In this document: piece by piece, positions 25,866-40,093 of the stretch
Numbering within the stretch: the first letter of the stretch is position 1
Layout: the number at the start of each line of letters is the position of its first letter
Translations under genes and position numbers: made by a program
Source of the DNA: Octopus sinensis
Taxonomy: Eukaryota
Direction: 5' to 3'
Assembly: GCF_006345805.1 (NCBI RefSeq)
Contig: NW_021825323.1
Span: 620,001 to 684,000 of the forward strand
DNA length: 64,000 bases
The notes under the pieces: model-generated
Seen by the model: only the letters and a program-made list of their open reading frames with translations
What the model was told of the DNA's origin: nothing
Databases searched by the model: none

Positions 25866-27081
25866 ATGTTTATCTACTTAAATTTTGTTGCTGTTCTCAT
25901 TTTAATTGATAACTCTAAATCGTCAGTCATTTCAATAAAAATCAAGTTGATATCCGACAAAAACATCCAAGTTAAAAATAACTTGACCAATGACATCAGC
26001 TGGACTCAATTCCTCGAGAAATACAGTGACTAAAAAACCAACAATAACCACATTATAGATAAAACATACTCACCAAATGAAATGTGGTACAGACAAGCAA
26101 TATTTGAAAATAATAAGAGGATAATAAACCATCAAAACGAAAAATATATGAGAGGAGAGTCCTCATACAGAGTGGAGATCAATTACTTTGCTGATCTTGT
26201 TAGTTCTTATAGTATTTTATTACCCCAAAGACTAAAACTGAATTCTTTGAATTGTACAAGGGCTATCAATATGGGAAAAGACAGGAAACAAGCAGATCAG
26301 TCCAAAAACAAGAGGACTTTGACTTACCGGCTAGTGTTAATTGGATCACTAAGAAAATTGTGACTCCCGTCAAAAATCAGAGGAATTGTGGTTCCTGCTA
26401 TGCTTTTAGCACTGTATGCTAATATTGAACTGACTGGCAGACTGGTAGCTTGGAAGGTCAGTATGCTTTGAAGTATAATCAACTGGTTTCATTCAGCGAG
26501 CAAAATATTGTGGATTGTTCCCAGAAGTACGGAAATGAAGGATGTAATGGTGGACTGATGGACAATGCTTTCACATATATCGAAATGAATGGGGGTTTGG
26601 ACACCGAGAAAGAGTATCCTTATGAGGGAAATGTTTTATGGACTTATTAACGAGTCTCATAGGTCGGGACTTGCAGATACAAACCACATAAATTGTCCGT
26701 TTTAGGTTATAAAGACATCATGAAGGGGTCTGAGTCTCAACTTCAACTTGCTGTGGCACGTGTAGGCCCCATTGCAGTCGGAATCGACGCTTCGTCCACA
26801 TTTTTTCAGTTTTATAGCGGCGGTGGAGTTGTATTCTTATGCCCTAGGAGTTTACGACCATTCTCGGTGTTCTGCGGAGGATTTGGATCACGGTGTTCTT
26901 GTCGTTGGCTATGGTGTAGAAAATGGGGTGGATTATTGGCTTGTCAAGAACAGGTCACGTTTTATTAATATTAGTGTCTAGTTGGGGTAGTTCTTGGGGT
27001 GAGAACGGATACATCAAGATGTCACGTGGAAAGAATAATCAGTGTGGTATAGCCACTGCAGCAAGTTATCCACTTCTCTAA
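25866..27081 (+). CDS. Cathepsin L-like cysteine protease (prepro form), 6 introns of 25-33 nt
   Basis: Signal peptide; ERFNIN/GNFD-like prodomain; [39 protein letters not shown]|WG. Catalytic Cys, His and Asn are intact. Confidence 0.95.
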
Positions 27082-27226
27082 TCATTTGGACTTGTTTTGT
27101 TGATTATTAATTTGTTTACTCATGATAACTTTACTGCCTTCTTACCTCTTTTATTCCCTTTGGTTTTAGATTTAAGACAAAGAGTTGGTTTCCAATTAAT
27201 GCGTTGTCTAGTTATATTCAAACTGA

Positions 27227-28030
27227 TTGATAAATAAAAATTTGCGGTTTTATGTTACAGCTTGGGTTTGGATCAATCAAAGGAATTTCCTCAAAACCGA
27301 AATTATTTGCAATATACGAGATGGACCGGAGGTAAATAGAACAGACGAAAAATGGCGAAACTCGAAAAAAGTTGGAACTCTTTTAGGAGATAGTGAAGAC
27401 ATTATGAGGAGAAAGATGCTATCGACTGTTGCACTTAACAAACTGCGGACCACTTGGCTACGAAACCGCGAGGTTGGAACGGCCTTACGTGCCAAATTAT
27501 ACAATGCTTTTATTAAACCCATACTTTTGTACAACGGAGGAACATGGGGAATATCTGAGTCTGAATCAAAATCTCTTGATGCATTCCATAGAAGACAGTT
27601 AAGAATTCTTATTGGCATCAACTGGCCAAAGAAAATCAAGAACTCCACCCTATACAATATCTGCAACAGCAGACCCTCAGTGTGGACATTACCGAAGCAC
27701 GTTGGCGCCTATTGGGCCACATTCTAAGACTCGACCAGGATGTTTATGCTAACTGGGCAATGGAATCATATTACGCAAAGGACGAAAGATCTGCGTCCCG
27801 AGGACGCCCACGAAATACATTACCTATTGTAATCTCAAAAGAACTACAACGCGTTAAAAGACAACTGAAAAATGGAGACGACCTAGATACTCTCAGGAGT
27901 ATAGCATACAACCGCACATCATGGAAAATTATGACCGAAAAGATAGTCTCATATGTGGCACATGTGGGAACTTAATTAGTTTAAATTACATTATGTTCCT
28001 ATGACAGTGCTAATAATAATAATAATAATA
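27227..28030 (+). mobile_element. RTE-clade LINE 3' fragment with (TAA)n tail
   Basis: LYNAFIKPILLYNGGTWG...LDAFHRRQLRILIGINW and ARWRLLGHILRL; tail TAATAATAATAATAATAATA at about 28011-28030. Confidence 0.85.
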
Positions 28031-28034
28031 CGAG

Positions 28035-28520
28035 ATGCTCTCCAGAGTCCTTTAAAGAACAGTTGTTGTATAGACATATCTACACCAAACTGTTTTAAGT
28101 ATTCCTTGTGATATTTAGTGACCATCCCATGCCATCACGCACGGAATGGCATAAACTTTAGACTGGTGCATCAGCCCTAACTCTTTTGCAAGCTCATTTT
28201 CCGCTTTTTATCCACTTCCATTGTATGCACACGATCTAGGCACGTGATTCCCATCTCCATGATAACAATCTCCCTGGTGACCTTATTGCGGATCACAATA
28301 TCGGGTTTGTTGTGCTTGAAAAACAATCGACATGCGTATGGGAATATCCACCTTTATGTACACCTTCGAGTTGCCACACACCGATTAAACTCAGTGCGTC
28401 TGCACATTCTGGAACGCCTCAGGCCATACTTATTGTAGAGTAGAAGATGAAGGGACCTCACCACCTCATTATGTTTTTCTGTGTATACTTCCGCACTTGG
28501 TGGCTAAATGGTCAAAGGTC
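28035..28520 (-). mobile_element. R4/Dong-like REL-endonuclease non-LTR element 3' fragment, frameshifted
   Basis: DHLATKC...KHNEVVRSLHLLLYNKYG...NKPDIVIRNK...EIVIMEMGIT...EVDKKRK...ELAKELG...IPCVMAWDG. Confidence 0.75.
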
Positions 28521-28599
28521 ATCGCTTACTTTTAAAGTAGTTATTCCATTCGAAATTTTTTTTGATTTTTACCGTGGTATTGGCGGTTAAATAAAAAAA

Positions 28600-28815
28600 T
28601 TGGACCTACAAAAAATTTCAGAAGAAATCAAAATTTCTAAATCAACTATGGGTGAATTAATACGCAAATACAAAAATATAAAACAACAAAAAGGCTCTCA
28701 GGATCTGGAAGACCTAGAATATTAAATAATGAAGATTTGAATACATTATTAACACATGTTTTGGAAAATCCGAAAAAATCTGCTTCTGACCTGTCAAAGG
28801 ATTTCAATTCTATGA
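28600..28815 (+). pseudogene. Tc1/mariner transposase N-terminal HTH fragment
   Basis: ISKSTMGELIRKYK and GSGRPRILNNEDLNTLLTHVLENPKKSASDL. Confidence 0.55.
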
Positions 28816-28823
28816 TTTCAATT

Positions 28824-28956
28824 CTATACAGTATGAGACAAGGAACAACCTTCCTATGATTTTTTTTCAATGTTCATTTTCATTTATACAGTATGAGATA
28901 AGAAACAATCTTCCTATGATTTTTTTCAATGTTCATTTTCATTTATACAGTATGAC
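28824..28956. repeat. 59-60 bp tandem repeat, about 2.2 copies
   Basis: ATACAGTATGA starts at 28826, 28886 and 28945. Confidence 0.85.
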
Positions 28957-29109
28957 CTTATTCGGGATCTATTTAAAAATGTTCCAAAAACAGAGGTTTT
29001 CCGCAAAATGGAGGTTCAGTATTTTCTTCAGATGTATCCACAGTTTAACGATTTTAATTTGTTTTTTATTAAATTTATACATATAGGGTTTTCCGAGATT
29101 TAACGTTGA

Positions 29110-29495
29110 AAGCGCAATATTAAAGAATGGTTCTCACCCGGCATTGGCGAACAGATATCGTCAATCATCGAACAATGTTTTTCATACGCTTGTCCTTAAC
29201 GGGGACCGTTTTTATTTTGGATAAACAGTGGGAAAGGCTCAATTAGGAGCTTGCAGATTAACCGAACGTTGGTTATATAAAAAAGACGTTCGAGACCGTC
29301 TCCTCTGCAGTATTTGATTAATCTAAACTTCAGAATGCCGGTCTATATCTCTGCAAAACTTTCTAGTCCGACGATACGATTTTTTGTGGGCTCGTGGGAA
29401 GATTAACGAGCAAAGATGAGGTCGCTTGTGAAGTGCATCGGGATCAGGTGATTAATTTATTCTGTTTTATCGTGGTTTTGGTGCTGAAACCGTGG
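29110..29495 (+). mobile_element. LINE 3' fragment related to 6245-6795
   Basis: Shares GAGGTC...AAGTGCATCGGGATCA(C/G)GTGA and a degenerate terminal TTTTA(C/T)CRTGGT motif with the 6700-6790 region. Confidence 0.65.
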
Positions 29496-29861
29496 ATAAG
29501 TTTTCCCTGTTCCACGGATAGTATCCTTCTACACGTGGGTCTCCATGCCCACTGTAATCGACACATTGAATGTGACCAGGATGTTGGATCTGGTTCCCAA
29601 TTTGATTTGAAGCACCGCAATCCGCTTCAAAACAGACCACAGTCGGGTTACATTCACAGAAGATAGTGACATGTCGTTGGGAAGATAGGAAAGAAGCGTT
29701 ACCATTTTAACTAAAAAAATTTATAAATTTAATCATTCTTAAAGTAAAAAATTCAAATAATTTGTTATTTAAATATTTGATATTTTCTATTAAATTTTAT
29801 TGCTTTAAGTATAAATTTTTAATAATTTAATAAAAATATTTTTTCTAGTGGGACCTTAACT

Positions 29862-32099
29862 ATGCCGAATTTAAATAACATTTCTTCGAATACCTTGTCT
29901 GTCACAATCGATTTTCTTTTGCAACGGAATTTTCACGTATTAAACTATTTAAATGACATCAATAGGATGCAGCCCAAGCACTACAAAATGAATTTCTACT
30001 TACAAATAATTCATACTACCCTTGCTCTACTTCGGGGTCAAATATATTTGTATGATTATTAGTGACATCTCTGCCTCTCAATGCGCCACTGAATTTGTCA
30101 ATTTGGTGGAATTCCACAATTCTTTGTTAGATAACGTCAAGGTGTATTTTCCAGGTGTTTATAATCCTCAGGTGGAAATATATTCCTTGCTGTTTCCGAC
30201 TTTTGTCCATATTTATATTTTATTTATAATCCAAAATGACATTGAGAGTTTGTTTTGTTTGTCAACTTGTTTAGACGCACGTGCCTTTTATAGCAGACAC
30301 GCTTCACTACTTTTGAATAATCCCAACTATGTCAAAATACTTCAGAATTTACTTGACGTGGAACCACAGAATTGCTTTGAAAACAAAATGGTTGACTCAT
30401 TTCGGTATTTACACTTTTTCATATTGACAGTCGATCTCGGTATCATATTTGCCTGACCTCTTCTGTAAATGATGTTTATAAACGATTTATTAACATGAAC
30501 TCTGGTCTAAAGTCCTTAAATGAGCAAGTTCTCCAAGTTGAAGGTTTTTAGTTAATGTTTTGTATTCCAAGTTGTGGAGTCCCCGAGTGGATCATCAAAT
30601 GTTTGGTTGGGGGAATATGTCAACCATAGTTTACATATTAATCATTTTTTAGTGGGGAATAATGTATTTTTTGGGCTGTTGGGGGAGGAAAAATTCGTCC
30701 CTGGAGACGAAAATGAGAGAATAAGGAAAGTAGATGCCAGAAGAGGTGATTTAATCTCTCCATCAACTAGTCGTATTCCTCTTCCAGAAATGTAGGTATT
30801 TGACTGATTCTGTAGACCTGAGCCACGGCGACCAAGTCGTAAACGTTTAGTAATAAACAGCGACACCCCAGCTTGGATTTATATTTATAGTCTTCTGAAT
30901 TTCAAAAATAGGTTTTCTTAGCTATAAAAGTATTAAGCGTGTCTTCTGCTTGTATTAGTGATGATTCTTCATTTATGTCAGCGACCTTCACTGATAACCG
31001 TCTGTCGGTGTTTGGCTTAGCCTCGTCCTCTTTATTGAGAATAAAGTCAATTCATCAACTCGAACAGATTGATTTTGATAATGGTTGTGAGTATATTATT
31101 TTATTTATCAGTCTCTGACATAACTGGTTTATTATGTGATGAAAGGAAGTCGAATATACGGGCACTTTATGGACATTCTGGTCCAGTATATAACAGTTCC
31201 TTTAATCCAATTGGAGATCAAGTCTTATCCTGTTCGCAGGATTCTACAAGTATTTGTTTGGGTGGTATAAAGTTCGTTTGTGGAGTCTACGGACATATAG
31301 CACGCTTTCTGTTTTTAAGGATTTTGGGGGTGCTATTTGGGATGTCAAATTTGGGTTGAAACTTTCTAATAATATTAGACCTTTTGGACATTATTTCTTA
31401 TCGGGAGGGTCGGATTCGGTCGCCAAATTGTGGTCGACGGACTCTCCACTCCCTCTCAGAATATTTTCTGGTCATTTGTCGGACGTTACTGTATATTTTT
31501 ACACTAATATTAAGTGTCTTGCACACCACCCAAATGCAAATTACGTGGCAACGGGCTCCCACGATTACACCGTGAGAGTGTGGGATGTAGCAGACGGGAG
31601 ATGTGTTCTTGTCTTTACTGGCCACACGGTATTCACCGATAGTTGATTTCAGGCTAATGTCTCTTGTCTTACTTTCTCCAACGACGGTAGGTTTCTGGTA
31701 AGTGGTGGAAAAGATGGGTTCATTATGTTGTGGGGTCTTTTGACTGGATTTTTGTTAGTTAAGTTGGTGTGTGATTCCCAAATTAACACTCTTGTTTTTT
31801 CACGTGACGGTGAGATACTTGCCTCTGGTAGAATTTGTGGGTTGTTTGCAAGGGCAAAAGAATAGTAAGATCTTAATTTGGGATTTCCATTCTATTCTCA
31901 GGCATCTGAATCGAGCGGGATTTGAGAATACTGTGGTGACACTGTATTGCATGTTGATTAATATTCCAGGAACGCGAATAGTTCCGAATATGTTTTGTCG
32001 TCTCATGTGACGAAGGATACTGTTCTGTATTCTCTTCATTTTACAAATCGGAATTTACTTCTTGGTGTTGACGGTTTTCACGATGAGTCTACTGATTAA
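29862..32099 (+). CDS. TAF5: TFIID subunit 5 (NTD2 plus WD40), multi-exon
   Basis: SLLFPTFVHIY (NTD2); LYGHSGPVYNSSFNP, VRLWSLRTY, LRIFSGHLSDV, HPNANYVATGSHDYTVRVWDV, HFTNRNLLL. Confidence 0.92.
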
Positions 32100-33165
32100 C
32101 TTTTCCCCATTTTTAATTTTTATAAAACTCTTTTTATGAATATTGTAATCAGGCTATTACAAGATTTGTTAAATAATGGGAGATAGATTTTAATAATTTG
32201 CTCTTAATATTCAGCAAGTTTTATTCTCTATTTATTAAAATATATGAAATTTTTTTTTGCTTGCTTCGTTGTCCCTCATTTAAAAAATCTGAAAAAATAT
32301 AAAAGTAAAAAAGTTAGATAAATAATACTGTAACAGTATTTTTAGAGTTTGAATTTCTTGAATTACAAAGTTTTCTAATGTTAAATATTTCCTAAGCAGA
32401 ATAAAAAATCAAAACACTGTAAAACCTCCCGAATCCACTGCTTTTCATATCCGCCTGTTTTAATCAAAAATTTGTTGTTATGAAAATTAATGAAATGTTA
32501 AGAAAATTAAATAAAAAACATAAAATTTCTAATTTTTATGGATATAAATAATTTTATGTATTCAGTTATTTGTATATAAAAAGAAATACTTAATCTATAT
32601 TGTAAGTTCATGTTTCAACTATAAAATAGTATTTAAATTTCCTCTCAAATCCGCCGATCTTAGGACTGTCAGAAAATCGGCCGATTTGATAGATTTTACT
32701 GTACTATACATTAAAAATATCTTTAAATTTTATCAATTTTAATATATTTAAGATCCGGGCTAAGTCACCAATTATCTGAAAACGTTTAATTGAGTGAAAG
32801 ATTTATTTATAAAGTACTCGTTGTTAATAATAATAATTCGTTGTTGAATTTTGAAGATAAGCAAGATTTTGTCCTATTTACAGGATGAATTACGTCAGAA
32901 ATATTCAATAATTTTTGGTAAGTGTGCCTAAATAAGTCTTTTTTAATTCATAATTACTTATTCTGTATCGAAAAAACAAATTGTCAAAAATGTCCAAAAA
33001 ATAATTTTTTTAATTTAAAATAATTAAAAAAAATGTTTTTAATCAGATTAGAGTTACTCAATTAATCCTTTTTAATCTGATGAAAAATACCAGGGAATTT
33101 AATATTGAGTTAGAAATAAATTTATTTTAACTTTTTTACCAAATATCAAATTAATAAAACAGAAA

Positions 33166-34108
33166 TTATTCATTATTTGGAAGACAAAATTGGTAAACCA
33201 AACGGCGGTAGTCTTTTGCTCTTTTCATAATTCCTTTTTTGTAATATTGTCGAATAGATCTGCTTAACTTGTCGTAGTTCATAAGTGGCCTATTTTTTCT
33301 CTTCCCCCACAATTCCGCCAGTAAATGAGAATTTTCTATTCGAAATATTCCTATGCATTTTAGTAAATTAAAAAACCTTTAGGTTTGTCAATCCAAAGTA
33401 GACAATCGGTACAATTTTGATCCAGCAAATCGCGGAGGAACTCCCAAAGGTGAATTTTACAATTGGATATATTGACTTTATTTTTAGCGTAATTGTCGTT
33501 CCCTTGTGCTTGATTACATATAGGCAAATCTTCATGTAAATAACTTTGTGGATATTGATTAGTTCCCTGGCTTTCATCATAACGATAATTTGAAGGGGTC
33601 TTAACATAAATATTAATAGCCTTTTGGTATTAATTAAAATTTAGATTTACTGAATTTACTGTTTCTGGTTCAGAAGAATATAAATTTTGAGCCCGGCTGT
33701 AATTTTCGAGTTTCCCATTTTGACGATAACTAAATTTTGAATTCATTCTGTAATCAAATTCTGAAAATAGGATTTGTGAGTTGGTGGGCATCATATTCGA
33801 TGCTGAATATTTTTCATCACAAATAGAAAAATAATCATCTCCATAATAATTGTACTCATTGTTGATTGAAGAAAATCTATTATCAAAATAATAGTTTCTT
33901 TCTGAATTTTATATCAATTGTAAATACCTATAACGTGTTTATGAATTTTGTTTCCAGATAAGATTTCCTTGTTTAAACGAGGATTGTCTACCGACCAACT
34001 TGATCTATCTGACTAAAAGTATGTATTAATTAATAAAACTAATTGTGATAAAGAATTAGTCGACTTGTTTGGTGAAAATTCCCAATTTGTATTTTTTGGA
34101 TAATTCAT
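33166..34108 (-). CDS. SPDEF: ETS transcription factor, PDEF/SPDEF type; start codon tentative
   Basis: IHLWEFLRDLL...WIDKPK|GIFRIENSHLLAELWGKRKNRPLMNYDKLSRSIRQYYKKGIM...RRLVYQF. SRSIRQYY is PDEF-like. Four tiny introns give an open frame. Confidence 0.85.
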
Positions 34109-34599
34109 GTTAATAAATTTCAAAATAGAAAAATTTTCAATTATGAGCAGCTTCCCACAGTTAATATTGTAGATTTTACGAGATTATAGATAACATAGAT
34201 TTAGAGGTTTATTAGCTTTGCCGAACATCACAAGCCGATTTAAAGCTTTTGGTTTTTAACGAACTTTTTAGTTTTTTAAGGACAAACAATGATTATAAAA
34301 TCCTTACGTGAGTTAGAAAAAGGCACAATAACGATTCGCTATATTTATGGTCTCATATAATAATTGATTTATCACGGATTAAATATTTTTTCTCATCTAT
34401 ATCTCACACTATTTAATCCTATTGCCTATTTAAATTACTTAAAAAAATTTAGTTAAATAGATTTATAGAGTTCACAGATAATTTTTTGAATATTACTTTT
34501 AAGGACTATTTACATTTTAAGATTAACCAGAGTATTAAAGTTATATTAGATTTTTAATATCATATTTTTTTAATAATTTTTTCCCAAATAAAAAATATT

Positions 34600-34968
34600 A
34601 GATTGGGACTCGACATGCGTGGACACTTTCACTCGAAAGAACATCAACATTTCTTTGCGTTCACCTGGATCGGCCGCTAACTTTGCTGAAAAAGCAAAAA
34701 TTGCCAAATATTCCACAATCGGGGATTCGTGCCGCTTTGTTCCTGTGGCAGTCGAGACTTCGGGTGTCACAGGAACTGTAACTGAGTCATTCCTTAAAGA
34801 AATCGGACGTAAAATCGCTCATATAAAAAACGACTGAAGGGAACCCACATGGCTTCGACAAAGAATAGGTTTTGTCGTTGTTCGCGGCAATGCCTATTCG
34901 ATTATGTCGTCAGCCGCGAATTAATTATATGCGCTTTTTACAGCTCGTCTAAAACCTTTTATTAAAAA
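34600..34968 (+). mobile_element. CRE-type non-LTR element 3' fragment with A-tail and TSD
   Basis: WDSTCVDTF...SAANFAEKAKIAKY...FVPVAVETSG...VVRGNAYSI. 14-bp TSD AAATAAAAAATATT at 34586-34599 and 34969-34982. Confidence 0.85.
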
Positions 34969-35832
34969 AAATAAAAAATATTTAAAGTTCTACCATCCTT
35001 ACTTAATCACCCAGGCGATAATTTTCAAAGATCTAGAAGACTATCTATATCAGTTTAGGTTTATATTGTACTTATAGTTGTGAGTATCTTTTCATTCACA
35101 TACAATGTGTACAAAATAGATCATAACATCTACTCAATCTACTCACACTCTATCCATTTTTATTTATAAGATTTAAAAATAATTTTATTTCAACTTCAAA
35201 GCACGAATGATTCAAATCTATAACAAAAACCCATTGACAATAATTGAAAAAATCATACTTATAAATGTAATTTTTATCGAATCTAATTATGACAGCGCAA
35301 TTTATAATTGATGTAGACTTAGAGCAAAAACACCTTAGGGTAATAATTTTCTACTTTAGACAACCAGTTTTCCACTTTAAATGCGCAAAATTCCAATTCA
35401 AATGTTTAATAACATTTTCTTTGTCAACCATTCCAAGTAATGGTGAAAGCTGTCCGTAGATCTAACTATTTTGTTGCATATGCTTTGCCGGGAAAAATAA
35501 CATTGCGTATTGCTAATAATAAAGTGGGGCAAAAAAGTCACGGAACGTTTGCATATTTTGACTAAATTTAATAATTCTCGATAAAATATTGAATACTGTA
35601 GTTTAAAAAGATTAATTGTTGAAAAAACATCAATTTTTTCCACATAAAATTTGACATTTTTCAATTAAAATGCTTGTTTCAATGATATTTATTGAAATTC
35701 ATAAAAATAATCAATAAAAAATAGGTTAAAAAGAATACACGATTTTATTATCTAATTGGGTTACCCTGGTCTTTTGGTCAATAAATAAATAAAATAGTTA
35801 TATAATCATTCTAAATAAAATAGTTATATAAT

Positions 35833-36010
35833 CAGGGGTCATTGGGGAAAAGTCTTTGACTTTCCTCTATAAGCTCGGACGTCTGATCTCTCTGAAGAGA
35901 AATGACACACGCGAGACGGGCTGGCTCCTTCAGAGGATTTCCCTTGCCATCGTACGAGGAAACTGTTTCTCCATCTACGAAGCGGGGAAGTCCTCTAACT
36001 AACTTTATCA
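35833..36010 (+). mobile_element. Short CRE-type 3' fragment
   Basis: GSLGKSL..FLYKLGRLIS...DTRETGWLLQRISLAIVRGNCFSIYEAG. Confidence 0.75.
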
Positions 36011-36538
36011 CATTTAATTACATTGAGCAGTGAATTGCGATGTCAGGCTCTAATCTAAACAGTCAATTTTCATTGATTTTCATTCTTTCTTAAAAAAATC
36101 ATTATAAAACATGTCAAATTAAAAAAATAGGTGTTCGATGACTTATTTGGCCCTCTGTAATCCCGAATAATCACAGATTTGTCTCAAAGTAGTTTGTTAA
36201 CCTCTGATTGCAAAAAAGATAACGCTAGACCTAAGTACAAGTAATGTGTTTTACGTTATATTTGAGTGAGTCGCAGGTTAAAGAGCAATGAGTTCAACTT
36301 AGAACATGTTTGAAGAAAAATGTTTGCAAGAAATTAAACTCAAGTTTCAAATTAAAGCATTCAGAGTGGTGGACTTTTGCAGAGGCTTTAATTTGTGCCA
36401 TTCTGTCTGATCGAAAAGGAGGATTTAGAAGGAATGTCTTATAAATTTCAAAATAATATTTATAAAATTTTAAATATATTTATATATTTAAAAAATTACT
36501 TTTATTTAAATACTAAAAATAAATTGTCAAAGTATCAC

Positions 36539-39500
36539 ATGCCAGTCAAGTTGGACAACAGAATTAGAATCTTGATAGAAAATTCAGTCCGACAAAATCA
36601 CAGATCTCTATTTGTAATTGTTGGCGACAATGCCAAAGATCAGGTTTAAGCCTCCAATTTATAAAAGGTGCCTACTTTACATCACATTCTTGCCAAAACA
36701 GTTGTAAAAGCACGTCCATCTGTACTCTGGTGTTTTAAAAATAGACCAACTTTTAATATGTTTTGTATTTATAACTATTCATAGTACTTATAATTCTACT
36801 TCCCATAAAAAAAAGAATCGAAAAACAAAGGAAGTTGACTTGGATAATCCATTCGAAGTTTTTATATCGTCTACAGCCATTCGATTTTGTTCTTATAAAG
36901 ATTCACAAAAAATATTGGGAAATACATTTTCAATTTTGGTTTTACAAGTTTATTCATTTCTAATATTTTTGCAGGATTTTGAAGCATTGACGGCCAATTT
37001 GTTGGCCAGGACTATCGAGACTGTGGAAGGCGGAGGAATTGTGATATTTCTTTTAAATTCTGTCACTTCTATAAAACAACTCTACACAATGGCAATGGTT
37101 AGTTTTGGTTATTTTACTTTTGAGGATGTGCACAGTCGGTATAGAACGGAGGCCCACAACGATGTGGTGGCCCGTTTTAATGAGCGGTTTATTTTATCAC
37201 TTGGGAGCTGCCCTAATGCAATGTTTGTTGACGAATCTTTAAATTTACTTCCTCTTACATCACATATTACTCAGCTGAAACCAATTGAGATACCCCAAGA
37301 GGTATTTTGCTTTTATAATTTAATTTAGCAAATTGAAGCACGTGCGTTAGAACTGTCTGGAATTATTGACTCTCTAAAGGATACTCAGCCCGTTGGTTCG
37401 TTAGTTAAAAAATGTAAAACTGTTGATCAGGTTGTCTACATCATATTTATTTTACATGGAATTTAATCTATAAAAATATATTTCCTTCTTTTTTGAATAC
37501 TAATTTTTGAAGGCAAAGGCTCTGTTGACTTTCATAGACGTCATAACTGACCACACCTTTAACACTACAGTGGCGATGACTGCTGGACGCGGGAGAGGAA
37601 AATCAGCTGCCCTTGGACTGGCGATCGCTTCTGCTGTTGCATCCGGGTTGATTAATTCTGATTATTTTCAAGTTATTCAAATATTTTTGTGACTTCTCCC
37701 AGCCCCGACAACTTAAAGACGTTGTTTGAATTTGTTTTTATTGGTCTGGAGGAAATTGGTTATGAGGTATTAACTTATTTTTTAATCTTCAAGAAACATA
37801 CTCATTACCGGGTATATGCTCCACAAAACGTGGTGACACGTGTGAATATTTTTAGACATCATCGTCAGTCTATTCAAGTATTAAAATTGTATTTTATTCT
37901 TAGTATGTGCCTCCAACCGAGAAAATGGGTCAGGCTGATTTTTTGTGTATTGATGAAGCTGCTGCCATTCCTTTACCGCTTGTTGAAGCTCTGATTGGGC
38001 CATATGTTGTCTTTCTCTCTTCTACAATCAGCGGGTTTGCTGTCCGTATAATTTTCAAAGTTACGAGGGTACTGGGAGAGCACTTTCTCTAAAACTAATC
38101 TCCAAGCTTCGGAAATCATCATCAATTGATGTTAAAAAAGGTTAATTAGACATTTAATTTATAAAGGGAGAGGTTTTCGTGAGCTGGAATTGTCGGAGTC
38201 TATCAGATATTCCATGAATGACCCAGTGGAGACTTGGCTCTCTGATTTACTTTGTTTGAATAGTCCCAAGACTCGTCGTCCCGATGGATATCCAAACCCA
38301 GAAGACTGTGATTTGTATTACGTCCACCGAGATAGTCTTTTTTCGTACCACAAGTCCTGTGAAAAATTTTTACGTCGAATTCTCTCTCTGTTCGTCTCTT
38401 CGCACTACAAAGTATTCCTCTTGAAACTAAACAGAACTCTCCCAATGATTTGCAAATGCTGGCCGACGCTCCTGCTCATCATATTTTTGTGCTTGTCCAC
38501 AAAATTGACTCTTCTGGTAAACTGCCAGCTGTTCTATGTGCTATACAAGTGAATAATGTTTGCCTTATTTATAAGGTCGCCTTGGAAGGGGGGATATCTC
38601 GAGCTTCTGCTCAACATTTTCTAGTTCGAGGGCGAGTTCCTTGTGGAGATTTGATACCCTGGACAATCTCTCAACAATTTCTTGATTCGACCTTTACAGG
38701 GTTTTCTGGAGTACGCATCGTTCGTATTGCTACTGATCCTGATTGTCAGAAAGTGAGCGTAGTTGTTTTGGATTGTAGATGGGGTATGGACAACGAGCTG
38801 TTTCATTACTCACCAAGTACTATGGAGGCTGCTTTCCTCTTTTAAATTCAGTCGAGAATTCAGTCGTGGAAGAAAGCAAAGTTAGCCACTTGGTAGAAAC
38901 AATAAATAGTGCGAAGATGATATCACTCTTCGTACAAATTTCCCTCCTTTGTTGCTTAAACTAACCGAACGTCGAGTAGAGTCGGTGGAATATATTGGAG
39001 TCTCTTACGGCCTATCAGTTCCTCTTTACCGGTTTTGGAACAAATGTGGATTTCGGCCTGTTTACATTCGACAGACACATGTTTATAATACATTTTATAG
39101 TAACAGAGCCATCTGACTGGGGAGTACAGTGCAATTCTTATGAAGGCAATTAATCCTCAAATGGATTCCAAAATTGACGATTTTTACATGAGTTTGTATT
39201 TATTTTTTATTTAAAGAATTTCGACAAAGATTTTTGATTTTGTTGGCATATGAGTTTAAAAATCTGGAAACTGGTCTTTGTGCTGACATTTTAAAGGACA
39301 AGGGGAGGCAAATTGATTCTGGTTTTGACATTTTATTCATTTTAGCTGATTTACTGACCAAAGAGATTCTTTCAGTTATTTTAAGCGAATTTGACTTGTC
39401 TCGGCTTGAGCTTTTCAGTAGGAACATGGCAGAATACAACTTGATTAAAGATCTGATTCCAGCTTGTGCCAAAATCTGCTTGGATAATAGAAATCTTGTC

Positions 39501-40093
39501 AATCTCAAAATGACCGACGCTCAACTTGTTTCATTTTGTTAAAAATTTGTTTAGCAAGTAATGGTGGGGCTGGGACTTCAGTTTTTTACCGTGGATGATT
39601 TGGAGAAGCGACTGAACATGCCAGCACATCAAATTCTTGGTTTTGTTGCAAAAGCGCTCAAAAAATTATATCAAGTTGTTTTATTAAAACTATTAGCTGA
39701 TATTTGTTAAACTTTCGGAAACTGACTATGTTGTAGAGAAATCCGTCGAGCTTCCTGTTCCTCTTCCTAGCTTGGACGCGGAATTGGTTTTTTGTGGATA
39801 AATATTTCAGGATCAAGAACAGGATGCAATGGTTGCCGAGGAGAGGACAAAAAAACAGATGAGGAGTCTTACTCAGGCAGATTTGGAAAACTGTGCTATT
39901 GAAGGTGACGACAGTCTCTGGTCTGATATTACTGATAAATTTTCTGCCTCGCAAATTGTGGGCTTTAAGAAGTCGTCGTTTTGTTGTATTTTTTAGTACG
40001 GAGAATTTTTTGGCTACTAAACGCAAACTTTCTGGAAATAATTTAATTCAAGAAATTGTTAGACCTCGAAAAAAGAAGAAAAACAATAAATAA
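36539..40093 (+). CDS. NAT10: RNA cytidine acetyltransferase (Kre33/NAT10), multi-exon
   Basis: KLDNRIRILIEN, DFEALTANLLARTIETVEGGG, DVHSRYRTEAH, TAGRGRGKSAALGLA, IDEAAAIPLPLV, SHYK|NSPNDLQMLADAPAH, VRIATDP...MGYGQRA. Confidence 0.96.
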
